Source: Entomortierella parvispora E1425
Lineage: Eukaryota; Fungi; Mortierellomycota
Reading direction: 5' to 3'
Assembly (NCBI GenBank): GCA_020891255.1
Contig: BQFW01000008.1
Location: 806,001 to 870,000 of the forward strand
DNA length: 64,000 nucleotides
In this document: one piece after another, positions 24,532 to 35,874 of the stretch
Numbering within the stretch: the stretch's first letter is position 1
Layout: each line of letters begins with the position of its first letter
Program-made: the position numbers and the translations under genes
Notes under the pieces: model-generated
Database searches by the model: none
What the model was told of the DNA's origin: nothing
The model's input: only the letters and a program-made list of their open reading frames with translations

Positions 24532-26111
24532 ATGTCTCTCGCAAAGGACGCTAACGAACACGCCCACGAGGGTCACTATGACAATGATCACGACCTCATC
24601 AAGGATGGCGAGGCTCCCGATGCCGACGCCCCCTTGACCCTCCGTGCCCTCGTCTCTACCAAGGAGGCCGGAGTCATCATTGGCAAGGCTGGCAAGAATG
24701 TTGCTGATCTCCGAGACCAGACCGGCGTCAAGGCCGGTGTCTCCAAGGTCGTCCAGGGTGTCCATGACCGTGTCCTCACTGTCACTGGTACCATTGAGGG
24801 TGTTGCCAAGGTACAGACACAGAGCCGCTGTTTTTCTTTCTTCTTTATTCTATCACTGGGATATTTGTAGATACAGGACCCTGCGTCTTGTCCAAAACAC
24901 CACACAGCCTCTATGGAGCTCACAGGACCTTTCAGGATATAACCACGGATGGACACTGCAACGAGGGGCTCCTGACACAGCTGGACAATTGGCATTTTAC
25001 AGGATGGAGCGACTCTTGCATGCTTGTTGGGTTCGTCCAACCTTTCATCTCTGCAAGGGTCCTATCAGGATCGCCCATCATCTAATCAAGGACAAGACCC
25101 ATTGGTCCATGGAGGCGAATGAGAGTGGCGCGACAATTTAATCTCCATTCGTCTCAAGACCCTGCGTGTCACCGCTTTTGGCAGCCTGGCATATGCTTGC
25201 TCTCGCCCTGTCTCTCTTTGCCCTGTGTGTTTGTGTTGCCCACAGATAATGCGTTGCTGACGACTGAACCTACTCTTGTTCTTTCACCCATCCAGGCTTT
25301 CTCCTTGATCGCCCAGAGTCTCTTGGACAACCCCATCACAGCCTCCCCCCCTGGCACCCCCGCCAACGCCCTCCGTCCTGCGGTCCAGACTTCGTCTGTT
25401 CGCTTGCTGATCTCGCACAACCTCATGGGAACCATCATTGGTCGCCAGGGATTGAAGATCAAGCATATCCAGGACACTTCCTCGGCTCGCATGGTCGCCT
25501 CCAAGGAGATGCTCCCCCAGTCAACGGAGCGTGTTGTTGAAGTCCAGGGATCTATTGATGCCATTCGCATTGCCATTTACGAGATTGGCAAGTGCTTGGT
25601 CGACGACTGGGAGCGTGGCGTCGGCACCGTCCTCTACAACCCTTCAGGCCCTCGCCTGCCTGGAGCTGGACCTGTCTACTCCACCGCCGCCACCAACAAT
25701 GTCCCCTCTTCCTCTGCTGCCCGCACCAACAACGGCAACTATGCCTCGCGCACCGGAAACGGCTCCGACTTTACTCGTCAAGCCCGTGATGACACCCAGT
25801 ACCGCGAGCCCGCTTTCGGTCAGGCCAACAGTGCCAACCTTCGCACTCAGGAGATCTCGATCCCTGCCGACATGGTTGGATGCATCATTGGAAAGGGCGG
25901 CTCCAAGATCTCGGAGATCCGTCGTCTTTCTGGATCCCGTATCTCGATCGCCAAGGTCCCCCATGACGAGACTGGCGAGCGCATGTTCACGATTGTCGGT
26001 ACCTTGGAGGCCAACGAGAAGGCTCTTTACTTGCTCTATGGTCAGCTCGAGGTCGAGAAGGACAAGCGCTTGAACCAGTCTGGTGATCACATTGACGAGG
26101 ACGAAGAGTAA
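24532..26111 (+). CDS. Triple-KH RNA-binding protein (hnRNP K/PCBP; Pbp2/Hek2/Rnc1-like), 364 aa, 2 exons
   Basis: Exons 24532-24810 and 25296-26111. Three KH GxxG loops: IIGKAGKNV, IIGRQGLKI, IIGKGGSKI. Confidence 0.92.
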
Positions 26112-26290
26112 AATGGTATGCCCCCAAAGCCAGTTTACTCTTTGACCCTTCTCTCCTACCCTCGTTCCTCTTCTTCCCCCTCTACCTTTCTTTCCCTTTT
26201 CCTTTCTTCCTTTCGTTGTCACCTTTTCCTCCTTCTTTCGACAAGTGAATAAAAAAACCAAAAAAAAAAAAAAAAGAGCTCGCGACCATG

Positions 26291-26302
26291 CATCACGTGA
26301 TG
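26291..26302. promoter_or_regulatory. Perfect 12-bp palindrome CATCACGTGATG containing a bHLH E-box
   Basis: Read directly. It sits just after the A-tract that ends the KH gene 3' region and upstream of PCC1. Function is inferred. Confidence 0.4.
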
Positions 26303-27042
26303 ATTGTCAAAATTTTTGGGCTTGCAAGAATGCATGTTTGACCACCAACCATTCGTTCGACATTACCATGGCTCTCACAGCATTAAACGAGCATCTGTAA
26401 GGCGCAATCTTAAAAGGAGATATACAGTCCCAGGATCTGGCAATCAGGAAGTGGATTGAATTGCCGAGACATGACCTTGGATTCCGGGAATGCAACGACA
26501 TTTTCTTTTGGAGATTTGACAGGGACGTACGATAAGGGAACTGCGGAATACAGAATCTACCTTCTCCCTCTGAATCCACTACAGGAGTTACAGCTCGTCT
26601 TTCAACTGCAGCAAAGCAAACAGATCATCAGCAAGCCTCTTGGATCTATAGCGGCTGCTGCACCGTGATCAACAGCGACAACAAAGAGTGCATCTGCTGC
26701 ATCTGCAAATGGAGCAAGTATATCTGTGTGTGGGAGAACAGTGGTCGGCAGGATGAGAATCAGAAGACATGAACAACTTGTCAGATTGGTTACTTTCCAG
26801 GAATAACCGGATCTGGGACCACTATCTCATCTACGAAGATCGAGGACAGATAATCTGCATGGAATTACTAGACAAATGCAACAGGCCAGCGGTGATCATC
26901 TCGAAGGGGACAATACCAGGATACCACTTTTAGCCAGGGAGCAAAGTCCCACACGGGGGCGCTTCATTGACTCTCGATATTTTTACTAACGATATCCCTT
27001 TATCACCCCTCCTCCGTCTCTCTCCTTGCCCCTGCGTCATAG

Positions 27043-27432
27043 CGCATTACGGATCCCATTCCCTTCACCGCGACTGGCCAAGATCGCGGCTGATGTATTG
27101 GATGTGGACAAGGATCTGAAGCCCGAGGTGTCGAGACGTACCATCAGCACTGAGGAGAATATCTTGCTGCTGTAAGCTGTGCAACCCTTTCTACATTTTT
27201 TTTCAATTGACCTTTTTTTTCCCCATACTGTTATGAGGAAATTTTTTCAGTCATTGACCTAATTTTTTTTCCGTCATTTTTTCTCTCTAGTGATTTCCAA
27301 ACATCCACGCTCAAGCTTTTAAGAACGATGGTGAATTCTTCATTAGAAATGGTGCAATTGGTGGTGAACACGATGGGAGCGTTTGATACCGAGGATCAAG
27401 AAGAGACTGCCACCACCACGGTGGTGGTGTAA
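27043..27432 (+). CDS. PCC1: EKC/KEOPS complex subunit Pcc1/LAGE3-like; first micro-exon unresolved
   Basis: Exons 27043-27171 (ALRIPFPSPRLAKIAADVLDVDKDLKPEVSRRTISTEENILL) and 27291-27432 (DFQTSTLKLLRTMVNSSLEMVQLVVNTMGAF...TAA). Candidate phase-2 start exons: 26710-26726 (MEQVYL) or 26770-26789 (MNNLSD). Absent from the ORF track. Confidence 0.8.
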
Positions 27433-27627
27433 AGCAATGGGAAAAATAAAGAAATGATTGTAAATTTAAAAGAAAAGGTGTTTTTTTATTTTTATTTTTT
27501 TTTTCTGGATCGACGGGAGAGTCCTGTTTTGGGAATTGGTGCACCTGTGGTCTGTCGAGATTCGAGAATAACTTTTTGCCGGGCTTTTTGCTTTTTGGTA
27601 GAAGACGGCCGAAAAGCGAAACGAGAC

Positions 27628-27659
<32 letters not shown>

Positions 27660-28568
27660 GGGAGTGAAGACGAAGCAGAAATCGGAGAGATCCCCTTCGC
27701 GCAGGCCGATCTCGGTGGGCGCAAGTACATGATACATCACATCACAATGCCATTCTACCGTACCAGGGAAACCCTTTCATCAATTAATTGATCCAGAACG
27801 CGAGCAGGAGAGTCTGGGCTGAGGCGGAAAGGAAGCCCAGACAAGAGAAGCGGCTCAGGAGCTGGGCCCTTGCTGATTGCGATACTGCAATATAGTAAAG
27901 AGTTGGGCTCCACCCCTCATTCCCGTTCCGCTCGCTTTGCTATTTTGCTCTGCTCCAAAATGTCTTTTTGGCTGAGTGTTTGGAATTGCCCTGTTGTTTG
28001 TTGCACTGCCATTGAAAAAAAAAGAGCGCTCGCGTGAGTAAAAAAGTGACGGGAACGGAACCCTTCTCTTTTTTTCTGAACTCCCCCCTGCCTTGCCTTC
28101 ACTTTGACTCCGTGCCGCTTGCACAAACGCACAAACATCCACTAGCCAGTCAGTCCGCCAGCTATCATCATTAAGAAAGAAGAGAGAGAGAGAAAAAAAC
28201 TCTCGCCCTAAAAATACCCCTCGCCCGTTTGTTCATTTACGCTTCTTTCCTTTCCTTCACCCTTTTCGCTCCCCCTTTGCACCTGTCTTGCGTGGTACCA
28301 CACGACCTCCTCTTCTTCCTCATCCACCTCACACGACCATTCCTCATCTCTATTTGTCTGCATTCCCTTCTTCTCATTCTTTGCTCTCTCTTCTTTCTCT
28401 CTCTCTTCCCTTTTTGTCTCCTCCCAAGAGCAACTTCTTTCACGCTGCACCCCACGCGACATACACGAGACATAAAAATAAGGAACTGAGACCCGCAGGA
28501 ACCACCTCAAACAGACATACCTCATACATCATACATCACACACACATCCAAACATCCCAAAAGAAGAA

Positions 28569-30317
28569 ATGCGACGCCACCATGGTCTCGTCTCTTTCCT
28601 GCTCCTCGTCTTGCTCTCCCTAGCTCTCTTCTCGCAAGGAGGCGTCCTGGCCCAGGAGACCGGGGACCCTGACCCTACTGACCCCAACGATCCTACCGAT
28701 CCCAGTCCCAGCCCCAGCCCTAGCCCCGATTCCCCAAGCCCCTCTCCTAATCCTTCCCTGGACCCTTCGCCCTCTCCTAGTCCCCAACCTTCAGCCCCTC
28801 CCACCGCTGGCCCCCCTTCCCCTTCCCCTTCACAACATCCTACCGCACCACCTAAGGGAAACTTGACCACTCCAGCGGGTCCTGTCCCGACCAACAGCCA
28901 CATCATTGTGGGCTTCAAGGGCGTCTCGGGACCTGAACTCGGAACATCGGCCTACGCCATCAAGGAGACCTGTTTACCATTGAACACTACCTCTCTCCAG
29001 AACGTCCCGTACGCGTTCGGAGACACGAGCGATAAACATGCGGCGTTGAATCTCTACCAGGATTTGTATTGTCAAATTGCAGTCTCGTCGGCGGTCGGTT
29101 ACTGGCCCAATACAGGTGTCACGGCCAATGTGGCGGCGATCCGCTATGAGGGCAAAGCACCCAACACCACCGCCCCAGGAACGTTAAGTCCCAGTGTATT
29201 CCCTCCTGGTATGGGGGTGCACACTCCGGTACCAACAGAAGCTTGGGTCATGGATCCCTCCAAGGGAAAGGTTCTGGTTGGCGTGGTCGCGGCAGTCTTG
29301 GGCGTAGGTGTGGCTCTTGGAGTGTATCAGGTCTACGAAGCCGCTCAGTATGTGGCTCCACCCAAGGCCCCCAAGCAAACAAAGGGCAAGAGCTTGTACA
29401 ACAAAAAGGTCAAGCGCGAAGATGCTTTCTTTAGGAAGCCTGGCTATGAACCCGTCAGTCTGCAGGGGGGTGGCACCGACAGTGTCAATGCTAGTGGCAA
29501 AGGACGTGACAGCAGCAGCAAGACCTCCTCCAGGGAATTGTTGATGGCAGGACAAAACAAGTTCAAACAGACGCCTCATCAATTGGAGATGCAACAGAAA
29601 TATCGACTGGCCAAGAGTCTCAACAGTCAGTACGACATGGCCGGCAATGCGGCTGGCACCGGCACCGGCACCAGCAGTCCTTTGGTCCCCATCTCGCACT
29701 CGAGTACCTCCAGTGGCCGGACTCTAAACAGGAACAGCAACAACACCAGCTCTGCCGCCTTTGAAGGACCCTCTGCCATCATGATGCAGGAACGTTTGCA
29801 AAAACAAGACAACCGGTTCTCCACAGGGGGCGTTTCAGTCGCGTCTTCTGGAATGACTTTTCCTGCACCCCCTATGACCCCTCCTTCGCATTCCTCCTCG
29901 TTTGCTGCTCCGGCTTCTTCTGGGCCGACGGCTGTTGCAGGAAACCGGATGGGCAGTAGCGGCTCTTCCTCTTCCCCTTTCACTCCGCCCCCCTTGCCCA
30001 GCTCGAGTCGACCCAGGGTCGATGATACGCCTATGCTAATTGTGGACGATGATGTGATCCAACCGGCCTCCTCCACAACAACAACAGCCAGGACGACAAC
30101 GGCCCCCGCAACAAAGAGCAACCTTTCAGACTTCGCCAACCTGATTGATTTCCGCGACCTCTCTGCCAGCTCTTCACCTAGACCAGTGGTCTCCCCACCC
30201 GCTGCACCCGCCCCAGGGGGTTATGTGCCAAGGACACAATATTCGACGTCTCCACCTCCAACGCCGAATCATACCCGTCCCATCTCTGGCTCTCAATTCC
30301 AATACCCCTCACAATAA
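28569..30317 (+). CDS. Uncharacterised type I membrane protein, 582 aa (signal peptide, DP/SP-rich stalk, small two-Cys ectodomain, TM, S/P-rich tail)
   Basis: Single ORF. Signal peptide MRRHHGLVSFLLLVLLSLALFSQGGVLA, (SP)n repeats, TM VLVGVVAAVLGVGVALGVY. Confidence 0.8.
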   Translation: MRRHHGLVSFLLLVLLSLALFSQGGVLAQETGDPDPTDPNDPTDPSPSPSPSPDSPSPSPNPSLDPSPSPSPQPSAPPTAGPPSPSPSQHPTAPPKGNLTTPAGPVPTNSHIIVGFKGVSGPELGTSAYAIKETCLPLNTTSLQNVPYAFGDTSDKHAALNLYQDLYCQIAVSSAVGYWPNTGVTANVAAIRYEGKAPNTTAPGTLSPSVFPPGMGVHTPVPTEAWVMDPSKGKVLVGVVAAVLGVGVALGVYQVYEAAQYVAPPKAPKQTKGKSLYNKKVKREDAFFRKPGYEPVSLQGGGTDSVNASGKGRDSSSKTSSRELLMAGQNKFKQTPHQLEMQQKYRLAKSLNSQYDMAGNAAGTGTGTSSPLVPISHSSTSSGRTLNRNSNNTSSAAFEGPSAIMMQERLQKQDNRFSTGGVSVASSGMTFPAPPMTPPSHSSSFAAPASSGPTAVAGNRMGSSGSSSSPFTPPPLPSSSRPRVDDTPMLIVDDDVIQPASSTTTTARTTTAPATKSNLSDFANLIDFRDLSASSSPRPVVSPPAAPAPGGYVPRTQYSTSPPPTPNHTRPISGSQFQYPSQ

Positions 30318-30674
30318 CTGCAACAGCAGCAGCCATTTTCAGTAACAGGGGCACGCCAAGGCAACAACGCCTATGTGCCCCTGCAAGACCTGGATCGACC
30401 TTCTGCTCCATCCCGTCGTCAATGATGGGTCATTTTTCTTGTCGACTCTATCTCCTCTTTCTGGCTTGATATAGACACACAGCCCATTCATATTATTCTT
30501 TCTCATTGTTATCTATGTTCTCCATCCTACAGAACAGCTCATCCTCCACGCTTCATTTTTGCTCTCCTTCATAATAAACCTCCTATCATTCCAAAGGACA
30601 AAAAAAAAAAAAAAAAAAATGGAGTCTTTCGAGGAAAAGCAAAAGATGCAGGGTGAAGTTACTCTAACTTTTTT

Positions 30675-33310
30675 TTAATCGGTATTATCACCCTTATGAT
30701 GCCGTGGACCTAATGGCTCATAATCGCCATGACTTTGTTGCATCTTTCGGATCTTGATGTAGTTCTATGACATTTTTCAAAAGTAAACCCATGTTAGCGT
30801 CTCTATCTATGCATTCCAGAATGAAACAGTAACTTGTCAGTCAGTCAAACGCCACTTACATAGGCCATGATACCGCCAATGGAGACAAGTAAACCCAGCA
30901 GGTTCACAAACGTCAACCGATCGCCAAAAATCAACATGCTTAACGAGATCACCACAATCTCCTTGCTGATCCCCGCCACCGAGAGCGTCACTGTGCCTGT
31001 GTTCTTGATCAACTTGAATTCCGCCACCGTCATGGCAAACGCCAAAAGACCACCTCCACACGCCATCAGCATCGTCAACATGCCTGTCCGGAAATCCAAA
31101 AAGAAATCTGACGATGCAAACGCCACAAAGGGATCCTCAATCACCAAGGAGAGGATCGACATGATCACAAACATGATGGGACTGATGTAATAAAGCGTCG
31201 CCACTGGGTTGTCCATGCCCAATTGATCCTTTTGCAACAACATCTGGGTCAACGACCAGCGCAAGCCAGACATCACTGCCGCCAGTAATACCAACATGAA
31301 TCCAGTCATGTCAAATTGCGTCTCGCCTGCCACGGTCAGAATCACCCCCACCACAATCACGCCAATGATCAAAATAAGACTCATCCGTGGCTTTTCCAGT
31401 CCAAATGCAAACGCAAAGAACAAAACCCAGATGGGCGTGCTGGATTTGATCTAAAGGATGGAAAGGCAGGAAAAAAAAGGTAATGGAGTATTTTTTAAGA
31501 TCTGGTTCGATTTTTAGGAAATTGTAAAAAAAAAAAAAAATACACAGCCATCCTTTTCCCAGGACGCCTCTTACCATGGTATAAAATGAAAGAGTAATGT
31601 ACATGAGCGAAGCATTGGCCATGCAGATCTCGAGAGCTGCAGCAATGGCGCATGGGACCTAGAAGAGACCAAGACAAAAAGGGAATTTGTTTCAAACCGT
31701 TAGAGATTGGAGATTGTATTCTCAGTCATCTCATAGAGCTTTCCGGCAATCCTTTTTTGATAAACAAAAATAGACATCCTGCCGGATAGCCTCGCCTCCA
31801 AGAGCGCGCCATCTACTACCAATACGAGTTCTATTGCGCACACCCCCATCGACGTTCCACATGGACGCTCCATTATCCAGTGCTGAGGTCCCGCCACTCT
31901 GATCCATTGAACCACAATCTTGATCTCTGTTGCGGGGCAAAATCTTTTCCTGTTCATGTGCTGCATGACGGTCCAAGAGTCGAGAAACAAGACATACCAC
32001 TTGGGTCACATAACTATGAATAGTCAATCGACCGCCTTTCCCTGACCGAGTCGCATCAAAGACTTCTGGCCAGAAATGCATCAAACAGGCCGTGATCACA
32101 AAGTGAAGTCCTGCATGGACGGAAGAGACAAATAACGGCAGGTTGAAATTCCAATTGTCCTTTCCCATGAGATTCTAGTAGGGTGGACAAGATGGCATGA
32201 GTACCCATTTTCTTTCAACATTCAGCTAGAACAACAATATCAAGAACCACAACCACAACAATAACACTAACAAAAGCGAAAACTTACCTTGTTGTAGATG
32301 GACAACGCGGTGCTGAAAAAGTACCAAGCTGCAATATAGCTCAGATTCGACGCAATATCCCTCGCCACACGCTTCTTGGGCATCAAGATCTGAGGGAGTG
32401 AAGCAGACGTCCTGCCAATGTTGATGAACACGTCCGGGGTATAACTTGGAAAGCCTCCACTGCCGTTGCTACTGCTACCGCTATTGTTGTTGCCGTGATT
32501 TCCTCCAGAGGACAAGGAACTCAAGATCGGGGTTCCTGTGGCTGTGGTGGTGGTTGAATTGGATGCTGTGCTTCCAGAGACGGTGGTCGTACCACTCTTG
32601 ATACTGATGGTGTCATTCATCATCAATGAACCTTTCCGGGTCGGAGGTACAGAGTCCGCTGCTGTGAATTTAGACGACTGCAACGACGAGGAGACGCCGC
32701 CAAACGAAGAAGCCAAAACAGATCCAAGGGCGGTGCGTGTTCCGTGGACAGATCCATGATTGCCTCCTCCAGAAGAGGTTCTTTGTGGGAGAGGAGGAAG
32801 AGCACCAGAAAATGCGCTGCTGTTAGCCCCTATTGAAGAGGATGTGGGCAATGTAGGGGGGAGTGAGCTCGATATCGACATTGGCCCCGACCCTACGGAT
32901 GCTGAGGAGGAAGAGAAGGAGGCTCCCGCTTGGGTGCCTGAACCTGGGTGCTGTGCCGACACGGGCGAAGGTGGATAGGATGAAGCATTATGGTTGTTAT
33001 GGTGGGCATTATTGGCAAGAATGTTTCTTTGGAACGGAAAGTCGTCTTCGAGCTCGACATCGTTCTTTTTCCGAGTGGCGGTAGGATCGAGGATAGGGGG
33101 AGGCTGGGAGTAGGCTGGGAGACTGGCGCGCTTGTAGTTGCGGTCAGGGGAGGCATGAGCACCGGATGGTGAGTTCGAGAGGTGGTTGATGGTGCTGTTG
33201 GCAGGCTGATGAGGTGTCGAAGGAAGAGTATGGTGTGGCGGCGAGGGCGATGGTTTTGGGGTTTGCATGGACAACCGGCGGGCCAGGGTGGTTTCTCGTG
33301 GCTCACGCAT
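30675..33310 (-). CDS. Triose-phosphate transporter family / SLC35C2 (YMD8-like) nucleotide-sugar transporter, ~654 aa, 5 exons
   Basis: Exons 32288-33310, 31998-32174, 31575-31658, 30860-31450, 30675-30764, all phase 0. Motifs: WYFFSTALSIYNK, LPLFVSSVH, ANASLMYITLSFYTMIKSS, SGLRWSLTQ, TLSVAGISKE. Confidence 0.88.
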
Positions 33311-33977
33311 GAGTTGGATGAACAGGGGATGATGTGTGAACAGGCAGACAGAGAGAAAAGAGATGAGGAATGAAAAAAGGATCTGCAGGGTGAAGGAGGG
33401 AGAGAAGGAGGAGAAGGAGGAGAAAGAAGAAAGGTGGAGGAAGGAAAGGAAAGGGAGAAGAGAAGAGAAGAGAAGAAAAGGGTTTGTTTGTGTCCGTAGG
33501 CATACCATACCATGTCCATTTGTCCACATGCAATCAACAGCAAATATGCTCACTTCACTCTCACCGGCCAATCTCACACTCCCTGCACGGGCTCAGTGCG
33601 CCCTGGCGTTTATTCCCGGTTTGTGTTCCTCTTCCACAGCCCTGAGTGTGGTCCTCTTCGCCCTGAGAGGCTGAGAGGGCGTAAATTGGTTAATCGAATC
33701 GATGAATATCTCGATTACTTTTTTATCTTTCATCGCTTTATGATTTTTAATTTTATCCTGGAAATCAAATACGAGTGGGATCCGATCACAATCACTGCTC
33801 GCTTGTGGCCCTCCCAAAAGGAGGCGGAGCCCTCGCTCTCGTTCTTCCCTTCCTTCCTTTCCATCCATCCATCCATCCATCCCTTCATTCACACCGAACC
33901 GTCTCATTTCATCCCTCTCCTCTCACCTTCACCTTCAACCTCGTTACTCCCAATCCCTCTATCACACAACTACAAAC

Positions 33978-34638
33978 ATGGGCGCTTGCTGTGGAAAACC
34001 AGACCGCAAGGGACAAGGCCACGTCCTCGGAGGCGCCAACACCTCCACAGTCGTCCCTGCTGGAGAGCGTCTTGGAACCACTGCTGGCAAGGCCAAAGTT
34101 CAACAACAATCACAAACTCCTTCCTCTCAGGGACAGACCCTGGGTGGTAGCTCACAACCTGCACCCACCGGCGAATTGTCCGCCTCTGCGTTGGCTGCTC
34201 AAAAGAGAGCAGAAGCTGTAAGTACTACGACTAGTCTGGGAAAAACTTCGTGGCCCTAAAAAAAACTCGCGGTTCTTTTTCATCTCTTGGTAAATCGCTC
34301 CAATTGGAGGGAGAACTGAAGGCTGGGAGCGGAGAGGAGCACTTGTCCGCTTGGGAATGTTTGTTCATTTTTATTTTTTTTTATTTTTTATTTATTTTTT
34401 CTGAACAGGCGGAAAGACGAGGCGTTCAACAAGGTGGAGGACAGCTCGCCAAAAAGCTGGCACAGGACAAGAAAACCTCGGCCTTTGCAGTGCAGGAAGC
34501 GGCCCCAGAGCCAACGAATGTAACAGTTTTTCCTTTTGTTCTCACGATGTACCATGGTTCAAAGCAACTGCAGGAGCGGTTGTTCTAACGTCTTGATGTT
34601 TCCCTTTTCTTTGTTTTTGTTAGACCCAGTGGAATTAG
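33978..34638 (+). CDS. Small N-acylated protein, 121 aa, SVIP-like, 3 exons
   Basis: Exons 33978-34217, 34409-34519, 34624-34638 (TQWN*). N-terminus MGACCGK. Also GHVLGG, AAQKRAEAAERRG and GGGQLAKKLAQ. The family call is from memory. Confidence 0.7.
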
Positions 34639-34781
34639 CGAGGTACTTACCAGGAGATCGGGCTAAGCATGCGGCAATTGAACAGAGAGAGAAAGAGAAA
34701 GAGTCTGGGATTCTGCTGGCAGTTCGTTCAAGTTGGTTTAGCCGAAAATGTCTAATAAAAAATAAAAAAAATAAAAATAGT

Positions 34782-34789
34782 TCACGTGA
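34782..34789. promoter_or_regulatory. TCACGTGA E-box 116 nt upstream of the MGR3-like ATG
   Basis: Read directly. It follows an A-rich tract in a 266-nt intergenic gap. Confidence 0.35.
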
Positions 34790-34904
34790 CGAGTTGCACC
34801 TTTCGTGGGCCTTGCCACCGTCTTTTTTTTTTCATTCAATTGTCCGAGAATGGCCCGCGTTCCTTTGATCTTCTTCCCCACGTCCACATTTCTATAGTTC
34901 TGCC

Positions 34905-35841
34905 ATGTCCTCAAGCCGAGCATTCGTACTTGCGGCACGGGCTGGTTCCCGCCTGGCGTCGCCTTCGTCTCCTGCAGTCTTCAGAACTCCTCTGTCTCTC
35001 TCATGGGCTTCTTCCTTGCATCAAAGATCTCTTCATGCTTCCGCCACCTCCATCCCAAGATCAGTTCGCCCTTTCCACCCTGCATCCAACACAGTGGCTC
35101 GACGTGGCTATTCGTCCGCAGGCTCTGATCCCAGTATGTCCCCCTTGGGTCGATCCCTCATCACCACCGTCCGTATCGTTCAAAATGTCGTGGTCGGCTC
35201 CTCCACCGTCTTTGCCCTCGGATTTTTCATTTGGGCCGGCAGTCATGCATACCTGGAGAGTTACAAATGCCCTAGTCCCGAGGGCACCTCGAACACGGTC
35301 CAAAACTGTCTTCATGGTGCCTGGGTCCGGGAAGAGATCTCGCCCGATCCCGATGTGGCCGAAATTTATTACGAAAAAGCTCTCGAGTTGACCCGACAGG
35401 AACTGGAGAGGGCTTTTGCGGCGTCTGTCTCAAAGGATGAAGGACAGCAGCAATCACAGCATTCAAAGGAGGAAGAGGAACGGAATCGACTCTTGAGGAT
35501 GGAAAAGGACAAGGCATTGACAGGAATTCAGGACCGATTGGCAAGATTCTATGCCCGAATTGGAAGGGATGAACAGGCAGCAACGATTTGGACCCGACTC
35601 TGGAAGTTGTCTGATAAGAAGGTCATCGAACAGGAGGCACCATCGTCCATGATCTCATCGCTTTTTGGATCTTCCAAGGAAAGAACCTTGATGACGCAGG
35701 AGGATGGGCTTTTGTATGCCAAGGCTGCGGCAGACTGCTGGATGCGCTTGGGAGAGTATGAGTTGGCAGAGGAGGCTTTGGCCTGGACGCTGAGCACGTT
35801 TACGGCGATCAAGAAGAACTCGACTGAAGCAGCGTCATCAC

Positions 35842-35874
<33 letters not shown>

